A DNA stretch of 64,000 bases from Sphaerodactylus townsendi (Eukaryota): positions 25,110,001 to 25,174,000 of the forward strand of contig NC_059438.1 in assembly GCF_021028975.2 (NCBI RefSeq), in the 5' to 3' direction. The translations under genes were made by a program, and so were the position numbers. Positions within the stretch are counted from its first letter, which is position 1. Every line of letters begins with the position of its first letter. The notes beneath the pieces were generated by a model, which saw nothing but the letters and a program-made list of their open reading frames with translations, was not told the DNA's origin and ran no database searches. Positions 27,101-38,800 of the stretch are shown here, one piece after another.

Positions 27101-28993
27101 GCTGCCAGTTGGAGTAGGCAATACTGACCTGGATTGGTCTGAGTCAGTGCCAGGCGCTTCACGTGGGTCCTCCGAGAGAAGCCCTTCAGATGTACAGAGT
27201 TCACCCCCCTGATTTCTTCAAGGCCAGCTTCCTTTCCTGGCCAAGACCTCTGAGACGTCTGGTCACCTCAAGGCCTCCAGCCTCTGCAGCTGCTCCTTCC
27301 GTCCCTGGTGCTCCGTGGCCCGGGAGGCAGCGGTCGACTTCCTTCCCCTGGGGTGGGGGTAGGGCAATGGTGGTGAACCTTTGGCACTCCAGATGTTGTG
27401 GACTACAAATCCAATTGGCCATGCTGACAGGGGCTGATGGGAATTGTAGTCCATAACATCTGGAGTGCCAAAGGTTCGCCACCACAGAGGTAGGGAGAGA
27501 GCCCTTGCTTAGCTGGAAGGGCCAACCTGAACCTGCCACGGGCAATGCCACGCCTGCGCACACGCTGCCCTGTGCTTCTGTGCTCTGCAGCAGGAGTTCA
27601 GCCACCCGGTGGAGAGTCTGGCGCTCACCGTGGATGAGATGATCAACGTGCGCCGGGTGCTGGTGAAGGCCGAGATGGAGAAAATCCAGCACAGCAGGGA
27701 GCTCCACAGCAGCCTGAAGAAAGGGAAGGTGAGGAGGGCGGAGCCGCTGGTGGGGGCGGGCTCTGGGGCAAGAGCTGGTGGTTGGAGGAGGAGTGCTCGC
27801 ATGGCCCCGCCTACCAATCCAACTGGAGACTCAGGGGTGCATCCCCCCCTTCTAGATCTGCTGTTGCTGCAGGACCAAGTTTGCTCTCTTCTCCTGGCCC
27901 CCCACCTGCCTCTTCTGTAAAAGGTGAGTGAGGCCCAAGGGGAGGGCTGGAGTCCAGGCGGGGAGGGGGGCATGGCATGACGGGCTCCTCACTGACACCC
28001 CTGCTGTTTCTCTGCTTCCAGGTCCGTCTGCAGCTCTTGCAGCCTGAAGGTGAGGTTCCTCCCCTGGGGGAAGGCGGGTGTGTGTGTGTGTGTTCTGTGC
28101 TGCCCCTATCGTGTGCAGCGGCATAAAGGGGCTGGCAGGAGCGCACCCACTGACTGGGGACTCCACGGCCACAGGCCCCCTTGGGCACCACTGTGTCTGA
28201 GGGTCTGGAGAGGACATTTCCATGCCAACTATTGAGAGACTTGGCACAGACGGGTACAGGTCCTTCTCGGCCTTTCACTTGGTGGGCTGGCTTGCCTGCA
28301 AGAGTGTTGTAGTGCCCAAGAGCGGGGACTCGGGTTCGAAACTCTGCTTGTGCCGTGAAAGCTTGCTGAGTGGCCTTGCGTGACCAGTCACGTGTTCCCA
28401 TCCTAACCTACCTCACAAGGCAGCAGTGGGAAGAAAACGGAGAAGAGAATGTTGTAAACCACCTTGAGTCCCCACCGGGAGGAAAGGTGGGGTGTAAATA
28501 AATGGATTAAATGAAAGCCTCCGGGCCAACGGGTGATTCCGTCTCTTTCTAGATTAAGATGCCTTCAAAGAAGTTGGCCCACATCCCGGTCTTTGCCTTG
28601 GGCTTTGAAACCTTGCCGGGCTCCTTAGGCCCCAAGGCGCCCCCGCAACGGAGTAGGGAGGCGTTCTGGTAAGCAGCACTCTGTCCCTTGCTGTTGGGCT
28701 GCCCCCTAAGCAGTTGGCCCTCCTGCAGGGCATTGCCGCTGTGGGACAAGGGGTGTTCCTGATGAGGCCTCTCTGGTGGTCCCCCCAGCTCCTTGCAGGG
28801 CCCGCGCTGGCGCAGCGTGGAGGAGGAGTTCCCCATCATCTATGCGCACGGCTCCGTGCTGAAGGACGTGTGCATCGACTGCTCTGGCTTTGTCACCGAC
28901 GTGGTCAGCTCCAGCCGCAAGAGCATGGACATCCTGAACAAAACGCCAGGCCGGAGCCGCAAGACTCAGTCCCTCTACATCCCGTCCAGCTAG
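8325..28993 (+). CDS. SPIRE2: Protein spire homolog 2 (actin nucleator; KIND, WH2 cluster, MyoV-binding motif, Spir-box, FYVE-type Zn finger), 750 aa, 15 exons
   Basis: Exons 8325-8667, 17399-17436, 19335-19697, 22648-22725, 23035-23199, 23303-23389, 24547-24658, 25179-25348, 25622-25820, 26646-26791, 27594-27728, 27856-27923, 28022-28049, 28553-28668, 28789-28993. All GT-AG, phases consistent, total 2253 nt. Motifs [65 protein letters not shown] match mammalian SPIRE2. Confidence 0.96.
10073..10470. mobile_element. Non-autonomous hAT (Buster/Charlie-type) element, family B
   Basis: TIR cagtggtggcgaa/ttcgccatcactg. Perfect 8-bp TSD ctttatag. Confidence 0.9.
10560..10752 (-). mobile_element. 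5S rRNA-derived SINE remnant (5S-Sauria-like)
   Basis: Minus strand reads gcccgatctcctcagatcttggaagctaag...tggatgggagacc, similar to the 5S rRNA internal control region. Confidence 0.6.
14687..15056. mobile_element. Non-autonomous hAT element, family B (opposite orientation)
   Basis: Shares ends with 10073-10470 and 43496-43978. Perfect TSD cagtaggg. Confidence 0.9.
15065..15600 (+). mobile_element. AT-rich degenerate LINE (L1-like) 3' remnant
   Basis: Abrupt A-rich composition with decayed ORF2-like stretches. No intact frame. Confidence 0.3.
15781..16122 (+). mobile_element. tRNA-derived SINE (Squam3/L2-partner-like), full length
   Basis: A-box tggtgtaggagg, B-box-like ggtttgattcc, 3' cacagggtgtttgttgtgagg, (cct)n(ctt)n tail. 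Confidence 0.9.
16150..16300 (-). mobile_element. 5S rRNA-derived SINE remnant
   Basis: Minus strand ggaagccaagtagg...ccctgg...gtactcgggtgggagac resembles 5S rRNA. Confidence 0.6.
17865..18496. other. Assembly gap (632 N) in SPIRE2 intron 2
   Basis: Run of N. Flanking exons 2 and 3 join in frame, so no constitutive exon seems missing. Confidence 0.99.
20665..20804 (+). mobile_element. CR1 LINE 3' end
   Basis: ...gtctcttccaactctatgattctgtga, the CR1 ATTCTRTG-type terminus. Second fragment at 34079-34152. Confidence 0.75.
21446..21690 (-). mobile_element. tRNA-derived SINE, older subfamily
   Basis: Diverged reverse complement of the 15781 SINE. Similar copy at 35538-35820. Confidence 0.7.
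22098..22489. mobile_element. Non-autonomous hAT-like element, family C
   Basis: TIR cagaggtgggatcca/tggatcccaccactg. Perfect TSD ccaagaag. Confidence 0.9.
23422..24300 (-). mobile_element. 5'-truncated non-LTR retrotransposon 3' end (RTE-X/Tx1-like), interrupted by a hAT element
   Basis: Minus ORF 23948-24223 has a C-terminal CCHC knuckle ([15 protein letters not shown]). aataaa plus (attga)n tail at 23422-23458. Confidence 0.7.
23468..23881. mobile_element. Non-autonomous hAT-like element (cagtggcgta termini) nested in the LINE 3' UTR
   Basis: TIR cagtggcgta/tatgcctctg. Perfect 8-bp TSD catataca. Confidence 0.85.
25968..26121. mobile_element. Palindromic hAT MITE, family A
   Basis: Whole element is a hairpin. 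TSD gcataggg. Confidence 0.92.
27365..27487. mobile_element. Palindromic hAT MITE, family A (internal deletion)
   Basis: Same termini. TSD gggtaggg/aggtaggg. Confidence 0.88.
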
Positions 28994-31193
28994 TCAGCTG
29001 GGCTCCTGGAATACACACTCCACCGCTGTGCCCCCCACCCCCCCGACGCTGCCCCTGGCTGGGTCTGGCCCTATTTCGGGGTTTGTGGGGCACCACTTGA
29101 GGAGGAAGTTCTCTCTTTGGCTGAGGACTCGTCCTTCGGGCTTCTGGATTCGCTCCCTGCCCTGCTTTGTGTCTGCTCAGCTGTCTCCCTCGCCCCTTCA
29201 TGAGCATCTGCTGCCTGAGCGTGTACAGAGAGACACACGTCTTTGGGGCCTTCTTGGGCTGTCTTTGCTGTGGGGCCAGTTGGCCAGCCTGCCTGTAAGG
29301 AAAGGCTTGGCTGAGCAGCCAGTCTCCCGTCCCTTGTGGCAAGGGGCAGCCGTTGCTGGGGCTACTTCCAGCCACCCTGACCCATGGGATTGGCTTCTCC
29401 AGGAGGGGGCTCTCCCTCAGGGCCAGTGCTTGCTGGGGACGGCCCGCTGGGTGAGATGGGCTGGCCTCGTTGCAGAGAGCAGTGGGTTCGGCTGCCCGCC
29501 TGTCTCCTGGAACCGACCTCTCTCCTGCCTCCGCATCCCTCCTGCAGTGTCTCGATTCCTCCATCTTTCTTTTTCGCAGCCCCAGAAAGGAGGAGGAGTT
29601 TTTAAGACGCAGCTTCTGGCCAACCCTGTCTGCTCTCTTTGTCCTGTTTATTTTTGAGATGATGCCAAGGCTGGGGCTCCTCCCCGCCCCCCCCCCCTCA
29701 TGTTCTTCTTGATGCAGCTCATAATAAAATTCATGTTTTTTGTAAGCGTTCAGAGAGCCTTTCTGGCCTGGGTGAGGACGTGGGGCAGGGGAGCGAGTGG
29801 GCAGGCAGTCAGGTGCCAGAGCCACCCCCGGGAGTTGCCCACACGCCAGGCCTGGTGTCTGCAGAAAGCCAGTGCTCGGCAGCAGGCACGGTCCTTGCGG
29901 GGTGAAGGCCAGCCCTGCGCAGCTTCCCCTGCTTTCCTCATTCACAGTCTGGGGACAAGAAGCCGGGAGGGGCTGGCTCGCTTCAAGTGCCGAAGTGGTG
30001 TCAGGGCCTGGATCTGTCTTTTAGTGTTGGGCCCTTTTGTGCCAGACATGAGGCTGCTTCTTCCTGACCCGTTTGGTGGGTGAAGGGGAGCGGGGCTGCC
30101 AATGTGCTTTCTGGCAGTGGCTGGCATACAGAGGCATCTGGGACACTGCCACACTCGTCTCTCTCCCCTGGCAGCCTCCCGTCTTCCAGAAGTGCCCCAG
30201 AGAGGCCATTTCAAAGCTGAGCACAGCAACAGCGCCAAGTTAGCACCCCTCAACTTTCCAGGCTCCTCTTTGCTGGAAAACCAGATCATGTGACTCCAGC
30301 CTTCTTCCCGCCTGTGTGGGGGGAGGACTGTGAGTGGAGCTGCTCAACAGGTCAGAAGAGCAGCCGCCAGGGAACTGGTTGTGGGAGTGATAGTTTGGAA
30401 AGGGCAGTTGCTCCCCCAGTGACCCAGATGCCCCTTCTGCAGCCCAAGATTTGGGTCTTTGGATGCCACACTTTGTGATAGCTCTGAGGGGACTCAGCAG
30501 TGTCATCTGGGGACAACAGCCAGGCAGGCCCTCGTCTTCCTGCCCGGTGGGGTTGGAGCCACAGCCAACCACTGGTGCAAACAGAACTGCATTGCTGCAT
30601 CGGAAAAGGTGCTCTCTGCCCCCAATGACCATTATGCACGCAAGCTACTGTGCGCTGACGCTCACACTCCCCACCCTGGGGGAATCAACCGCAGACGTCT
30701 GCAGATTGGAGGCCTCAGCATTTGCTTTGCTGCTGGGCTGGCAAGCTGCACATTATGGTAGCCCAGCCTATACCTGCCAGGGGTGCCGATGACTAGCTGC
30801 GCTGCCCTTCCCTTGAGCACAACATGGGTGCTTGTGCATTTGCAAAACAGAAAGTAGAAGAACGCTACTGAGGCGGAGCAGGCGGGAGTGGGGCTCGGTC
30901 AGTTCGAGGGGCGGAACCTGCAGGCTCTGGACGAGGCCAGCTACTCCTCCTGTCTGCTGTCGCTGCTGCATCTGGTGCCTGCCTTGCTTTGTGTGCCAAT
31001 CTGCTTGTGTGCCTCGGATGCGTTGCGCTGCAGTCTCTGGCCTCTGCATCTCCTTCACCACCCTCTGTGTTTGCAACAGTTCACTGCGTTTTACATCAGA
31101 GTGCGAGAGAGACGGGCTCTCCCTCCCCCTGCCCCCCCCCCCCAGCACTTCTGGCTGATGTTTTCTGCGCAGCCTCAACTGTACAGAACTGTG

Positions 31194-31199
31194 AATAAA
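31194..31199 (+). terminator. Probable distal SPIRE2 polyadenylation signal (proximal candidate at 29723-29728)
   Basis: AATAAA preceded by TGTA and followed by GT-rich ttgtgttgt. Confidence 0.55.
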
Positions 31200-31849
31200 A
31201 TATATAAACCAACCTGTGCAGCTTGCCTTGTGTTGTAATTCACATCATTATGCCGTCGTGTGTCTTCACCTCGTAAATACGTTTTGTGCTCCAGTAAATG
31301 GCCTTGAGGTGGGGGAGGTCAGATAGGGGAGGGGGTTTGCAGCAGCTGCACCCAGAGGCTGTGATGTCTGTAATACTCTGGGCACAAATAAATCCTGGCA
31401 ACCAAATGGAACCCTTCCTGTATCTGGACAAGCAACCTTGGGCACCTGACAGTTCTGCTACAGATGAGTTCCTTTATCTTTGTGGTGCCACAAGATTTCT
31501 TTGTAACTCTGGCTGCAGCCGCTGAATGCAGTGCCTGGCCCTCTGGACCTTGGCGGGGGTGCCTTGGGGCGTCTCTCCCCTCCTCCGTTTTCTGCGTAAA
31601 TGTACAGTGAGTTCCCCAAGCGCCTGCCACACGTGCCTCTAAACCAAAGGGGGCAAGCCAACATTGCATTCTGATGTGGCAATTGGGGGGGGGGGGGTCT
31701 AACACAGCAGGTTGGTGTTTCAGTTTCCTTGTGAGAAATAACCATTTCCTTAAAGAAAATTAGCCAGGGGTGAATGAATGGCAGAAGGGTCATGTGTTGC
31801 TAGACTGTGACTCACCGTGCATGGACCAGAGGAGCTTTGAGAAGGAAGG

Positions 31850-32850
31850 GGGTGTCTCTCTCTCTCTCCTCTCTGCCCCCCCCCCCGCCCCCGTGTAATC
31901 TGCCGGGCTCTAGGGCTGGCCTGCCAAGCCCCGCGGCTGCGGAGGGAGGAGCAGGGACTGCCCGGCAGCCCACCTTCCGTTGCGCCCAAGGGCTGCAGCC
32001 TGCCAGGGGAAGAAGCTGCCCTCCCCGCCCTCGGGCTCGGGGGTGTCCGCTGGGAGGGAGCCGGGGCGGCGGTTCTGCACCCCCTCGGTTTTCTTCCCTG
32101 GCCCGTCACTGCCTTGCACGGCCCGCTGCGGAAGGGCAGAAGGAGCGCCGCCCGTGGTCGCCCTTCTGCGCTCGGCGTGCAAACCGCGTGGCTGGCGGCG
32201 GCAACTGCCAGGTGCGCTGCGGCACGAGGCGGAAGGCAGGTCCCTTCGAAGGCTGCCGCAACACAGTCGCCGTCCCGTCCCGTCCCCCTGCCTCCCCCCC
32301 ACCTTTGCACCGGCAGCGCCCCCGCCCCCCGCCCCCGCCCCCGCCCCCCGGACTCAGCCGCGCAACTCCCGGGAAGCCCGAAGCGCCCCCTGGCGGAACT
32401 GCGCCGACCGACCGCCTGCAAGAAGCGGAGGCGAACTGGGCATGCGCACAGCTCAGTGGGCGTAAAGGGGACCCGTCTGGCTCCTAGAAGGGCGCCTGGT
32501 TCCTTTCGCGTCCTCTTTTCGGCTTCCGGTCCGTCGGTCTTTCTGGCCCGGTCTGCTGCAGCCTGAGGATGTCACGGCGGGCCTTGAGGCGGCTGCGAGG
32601 GGAGCTGCGCGGGCAGGCGCTGCCGGAGGCCGAGGAGGAGGAGGAGGAGGAGGAGGAGGAGGAGGAAGAGCCGGAGCGGGGCCCGGCGGGGCCCGGGCAG
32701 GATGGAGCCAGCGGCAGGCGGAGGAAGCCCCGGCGAGAGGCGGCTGGGCGCGTCACCAACCTCTTCGAGCTGGTGAGAGGCCCCGGAGGGCTCGGCCGGA
32801 CCCGCCCTCGTGTCCATTTATGCGGGTGGTTCGTGTGCTGCTTCCTTAGA
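31850..32850. promoter_or_regulatory. TCF25 CpG island/promoter
   Basis: CpG-rich. Tandem GC boxes 32318-32350, NRF1-type gcatgcgca 32440-32448, ETS-type cttccgg ~32524. Confidence 0.75.
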
Positions 32851-35800
32851 AGTTAAAGTGCAATAAAAGGATGGAAGCAGGAACGTAGGATCATTAGGGG
32901 CAAAGCAAGGAACAAAACGGACACGAAGCAGCCCAGCACGCCTGATGTTCCCTGGCTAGAAGCAGACCACCAACCCCACCAAACAGATGACGACGCTGCT
33001 CCATTTAAAGCCTGTGTCTAGAAAGGTTTTTGCTTGGCCTCGCCAGCCTCCATGGGTCCTGTGTTCAGGATAAAGAGGACGGGAGATTCGTTGATTCATC
33101 CACCATCTTCTGGACCGTCTTTGTTCTAAAATTAGAATTAGGACTAATAAAAGGAAACACTTCTTCACGCAACGTGTGACTGGTGTTTGGAATATGCTGC
33201 CACAGGAGGTGGCGATGGCCACTAACCTGGATAGCTTTAAAAAGGGTTTGGACAGATTTATGGAGGAAAAGTCGATTTATGGCTACCAATCTTGATCCTC
33301 CTTGATCTGAGATTGCAAATGCCTTAGCAGACCAGGTGCTCGGGAGCAGCAGCAGCAGAAGGCCATTGCTTTCACCTCCTGCACGTGAGCTCCCAAAGGC
33401 ACCTGGTGGGCCACTGCCAGTAGCAGAGTACTGGACAAGATGGACTCTGGTCTGATCCAGCAGGCTAGTTCTTATGTTCTTATGTTCTTGAAATGCTCCA
33501 CTTGGGTCTTACTGGTGTCTTCCTAGCTCTGACCCCAATCAGAGTATTCTAGAACAAAGACGGTCCAGGAGATGGTGGATGAATTAACGACTCTCCCGTT
33601 CTCTTTATCCCGAACAGGGTATAGACCCCGCAGGCCTTCCAGAATGGCTACTGATCAGTTCCCCAGAGAACACAGCTGCTTTGGAGGGTCAGCTCTGTTG
33701 CATGATTCCTTCTGAGGGTCCTTTCCAGGCTCCACCCCCAAATATACAGGGGTTTTCCAACCCAAACGTGGTGACCATATTTTAGCCTGATACATACAAG
33801 AAAGTGGGCACTTGGTGAGGCCCTTCCAAATAGTGGCTAAGCCATTTGAGCCATGGTGACGTCCTGTGGCTCCAGAAACTGACTGGGTAAAGAATCTTTC
33901 CCTTTATCAGTTCTGAACCTGCTTCCCGCAGACTACTTGCTACTGGGACCTGGCATTGTTTTATTGGGTTGAGGCTGATCATTTTCCACGATGAGCTACT
34001 AGACATTTGAGTTTTACTGATGCTGCTGTTGGAAAGTTTAATATGGTGTGTCAAGTTCTTTGCTTCTAAGCAAAGAACTTGATTTTGTGTTCCTGCATTT
34101 GCAGGGGGTTGGACTTGATGGCCCTTGAGGTCTCTTCCAACTCTATGATTCTAAGGCCCCTTCCGCACACGCAAAATAATGCGTTTTCAAACCACTTTCA
34201 CAACTGTTTGCAAGTTGGTTTTTGCCATTCCGCACAGCTTCAAAGAGCACTGAAAGCAGTTTGAAAGTGCATTATTCTGCATGTGCGGAATGAGCCTAAG
34301 CTTCTCTGGTACCTATTTAAGCGTTACAAGAAAGAAGGGGAGGAGATTTTTTGTTGTTTTGGTCATGTGATCATAAAGCATTTCTTGTACAGAGTCAGAC
34401 TTTCAACCTATCTATGCCATTTTTGTTTACTCTGGCAGTGGCTCCCCAAGGTCCTAGAGGGGACCCTCCCCAGAACTGTTTCCTGAGTTTCCTTTATTAA
34501 GAGGTGATGGGGATTGATCTTTGGACCTTCTTTGTTCAAAACAGATGCTCTGAGCTGTGAACTCTTCCCTTTATAAGGGAACTAAATCCATGTATTGGCT
34601 TTGTTTTTAAAAAAATTGGGAAAGGGCATGTGCAGTCTCTGCCTGTTGTTTCTAATAATGAGAAGGATGCAGGTTCTGTTTGCTTGCTTGGGCTAATTGA
34701 AGTGTGCACTTCTTAAATTCTGTGCAGATAACTAACGATGATCCTGAAGCTGAGCCAGCCCCCAGTGAGGAGCGAGATGATTCTAGACTGCAAGAGCAGA
34801 GCCACACAAGGAACAGAGAAGAAGCTGATCTTGAATGTCCGGCAAATGACAGGGGGAACGATGGAGAAGAGATGGACCACCTGGACAAGATGGCAAGTAC
34901 CCTACAGTTGGCTAGGGTGGTACACTTGATCAGTGAAATCCTGGAGAAGGCAGGAAATCTTAGAGATCCCACCACCTGAGCAAAGGAACAATCCCCAGGA
35001 CAAAGTCCAAGGAGATCAGATGCGCTGTGTGGTTGTACCCAGAGTTGGATCACAGGTGTTCCAGTGATTCCGCATGTCAAGTGTGGAATAGCAGGAATTT
35101 TCTGGAACTCCAAAGATAAGAGGAGTGCTGCCTGGTGCCCAGTTGTGGCCAGCATTTGTTTGCACTGAACCAAATTATCTTTCCTTACTCAGTGCACTGA
35201 AGGGTTGCTTCTGCCTTCCCCTGGACTAGATCCCTTCTTTGTATTTGGGCTTTTAGCTGGACTCCTCAGGCTGGGTCTTATCAGTGTCACTTGTTTTCTC
35301 TCATCAAAAAAAAAAGGCTGCATCAACTAACAAAACACGGAAGAAGAAGAAGAAAAGGAAGAATAAGAAGAATGCAGCAGGCGAAACTCCTGTAAGTTTG
35401 GCTTGGTTTGAAGTTTAGTATTAAGTGCTTAAATTTGGATTCTAAAGTGCCTGATAAGATTTGGGGAGGATTAATGCAGAGAGCAAAAGCCAAGACAGAT
35501 CCCAAGGTCACCTTAGAAATTGGAGGTATTTGCATGAAGAAGAGGAGTTTGGATTTATACCCTGTTCTTCTCTCCTGTAAAGAGTCTCAAAGGGGCTTAC
35601 AAACTCCTTTCCCTTCCCTTCCCCACAATGGGCACCTTATGAGGTAGGTGGGGCTGAAATAATTCTGAGAGAACTGGCGGGCCCAAAGTCACCAAGCAGC
35701 TTCATGTGTAGGAACGTGGAAATAAATCCAGTTCACCAGATAGGAGTCTGCTGTTGATGTGGAAGAGTGAGAAATCAAACCTGGTTCTCCAAATTAGAGC

Positions 35801-38800
35801 CCACCACTCTTAACCACTACGTCATACTGTATCCTGGTGCAAGATTGGCTGTACAAAGGGATCTCCCAGGGATCTACAGCGCCATACCTGGCATGTGCAG
35901 TTGAAGCAGCCAGGGAGGGTCCAGCAATCAGGCCTCGTGCAACGGCAGGCGGGAGGAGCCTGGGAATCGGAGTCAGGTTTCCTTTGCTGCCTTTCTGATG
36001 TCTCCCTGCAGTCCCCTCGGGACAAAGACAATGACGCAGAAGATGTGGAGAGCGTCCTGGTGGGGCCGGAGAGCTCCTCGGAGCTGTGGGGCCAAAGCCA
36101 AAGCAGGGTCATCATGGACAGTCGGCCGCTGCTTTATGTGGAGCGCAGGTAAGAGTCAGAGACTGCCAGATGTTGCTCCTGATGTTGGAGGACGAGCCTT
36201 CCCCCGCCTGGTTCCCTGGAGTAACCGGAGTAGGTGGAGCCCGAGGCTTAACAGGGTGGGTAGGACTTAGTGCACTTTTTTTCCTGAAGAGGGCAGCACT
36301 GGCATGTTCTGGGATGGCCTGCACTGAAAGGAGGCTGCGTGACCCATGGCCTGCCCTGCTGGGACTGCAGACTTCTGCCTTTCCTGGGGTGGGGGAGTTG
36401 GGGGAGCTATGATATTTGCAGTGGGCAGCCTCCTCCGAGGGAGGAAGGGGAAGGCAGAGGATCGGGCCAGGTCTCCTGAGCAGGGACTTGAGAAAGCAGC
36501 ATCGTGGAGCTTGGCAAACAGGTGGACTTGCATGTTGATTTTTTTCCCCAGGAACCTGAATCCAGAAACTGAGCTGAAGAGATATTTTGGGGCCCGAGCA
36601 GTTCTAGGCGATCAGAGGTGAGAGCAGGCAGTCAAAGCATGAGATGGATTTTGAGGTCCCGGGAGAAAGTTGCTGCAGTCGTGTTCTAAAAATGCACGTT
36701 TCATATGCTTGTTTGCCGAACTGTTAAAGTTTGGGCTGAGGCTCTGTGAAAGCCTCAAGCGGAGTTAAGGACCGAGGGGCCACTGACAGGGAGCTTAGAA
36801 GCTGCCCACATCAAGGTCCACGAGAGAAGAGTCACGTCGGTGCCTCCCTAGAGGTAGAGCTGGTTTGTGGGTCATTGTTCTAATCCAATGGACCTTCTGA
36901 GCCCAACTCAGAAGCACTGGAGTTTTCCTGGGTTATTTGGATTCAGGTGAAATGAGGAGATTGGGGTGACTTTGAACCAGAGCTGGGCCCAGAATTTGCT
37001 AAGGAGGGTGGGGTGCCAAAAAACAGGGAACCACCCCACCTCAAAAAAGCGAGGAGATCAGCAAGGTACACCTGGGAGCTGGGTGGGCTTGGGCTCCTGG
37101 AAGCAATGGCAGAGGCACTGGGGGGTCAGTAACAGGCTGCCTCCTGCAGGTCACCTCCAGCTCAGCTCTTTCGTCCCCCCCATCTCTTCCTGGGAGCAGT
37201 TCCAAAGGGGGCTTCACAGAGACAGTTTGTGAGGAGGACAGCAGAGGTTCCGCCTTTCCTCATACTTTGGCTCATTCCGCACATGCAGAATAATGCACTT
37301 TCAAACTGCTTTCAGTGCTCTTTGAAGCTGTGCGGAATGGCAAAATCCACTTGCAAACAGTTGTGAAAGTGGTTTGAAAACGCATTATTTTACGTGTGCG
37401 GAAGGGGCCTTTGTTTCTAGAGGGAGGAGCCTGTGAACCTGCTGTCCTTGTTGGTGCTTGTCTTACTGTTCACTCAGGTGTTGCAACAACTTCGGACTCT
37501 CCGTGGGTGGGGGTGGAAGGGCTGAATGGGGCCCTCTCTGCAGATGAATCTGGATTTTTTTGTGGGGGAGGCATCTCAGCCCAGAGAATCTTGCAGTTCA
37601 GTCTCCAACCATTGGTGATGCTGACTTTTGTTTCTTCCACAGACCGAGACAGAGGCAGCGGTCACATCTCCGCAGCGCATGGCTCACTGTGCCCAAGAGC
37701 ACTTGGCCACGCCACAGCAAAACAGGTGAGCACCTCTTGTGTTGAACTCGGGCCAAAGCGCAGCTGGTCTTGTTCGTCAGCAGGGCAGCCTGTGTGCAGT
37801 GGATGCATGGCAGCAATGCGATTCTGGGTAAGCTACTGGAACTCATCTTCTTATGTGACGGGGGCAAGAGCTCTTGCCCAGAAACTTCGCACAGCTTTAG
37901 TGGGAAAGGGATGACTGTTTCCCACCATTGGTTTCAATTTCCCTGGCTACGTTCACTTCTTTGCTTGGGGAAATCCTGGCTTAGCTGACAGCTGAAAGAA
38001 AGACAGACCCTGTGGGTCAGAATAAAGGTGATTTGTAAGCACAGTGAGCCCAGTATTTTTGGACAAGTTCACCTAGTTAGAGTTATATATGTACTGCATC
38101 AAGAACTCAGAATGTGTGCTAGGAGGAAGCAGTGCAAAGGAAGTGCAATTATCTTCCCGTAGTCCAGTTGTACCTTCCAAGGTTTGGGCTTCTGAAGAAT
38201 TGGAATCTCTTGGTGAGGCTAGAAATAGAGGAGTCAGCGGATGCGGGTGGGTGGGTGGGAATCCAAGCCTTCTCTTGGAGGCACAGGTTGGGACTGACCT
38301 GAACAGCAGAAGCCACATGGCCCTACTATCTGGGACTCTGTTTTGTCTTTAAGCTGTGAATTCCGACCTCAGGTTAAACTGTGTGTTTTGTCGTCAAGAA
38401 TTGTGTCTGCTGGGCAGGCAGGAGGTGTTCTTCTGTGCCAGTGACCTTAACAGCCCCTTCCCCTCTAGGAGCAGCAGTGGTGTAGGAGGTTAAGAGCTCG
38501 TGTATCTAATCTGGAGGAACCAGGTTTGATTCCCAGCTCTGCCGCCTGAGCTGTGGAGGCTTATCTGGGGAATTCAGATTAGCCTGTACACTCCCACGCA
38601 CGCCAGCTGGGTGACCTTGGGCTAGTCACAGTTCTTCTGAGCTCTCTCAGCCCCACCCACCTCACAGGGTGTTTGTTGTGAGGGGGGAAGGGCAAGGAGA
38701 TTGTCAGCCCCTTTGAGTCCTGCAGGAGAGAAAAGGGGGATATAAATCCAAACTCTTCTTCTCTTCTAGGTCTCTCTATGCAGCTGCTTGAGTCAAAGCG

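Noticed and set aside
29000-31240. ORFs of 100-346 aa in the SPIRE2 3' UTR
   Set aside because: No recognisable homology, exon structure or codon bias. Consistent with a GC-rich UTR.
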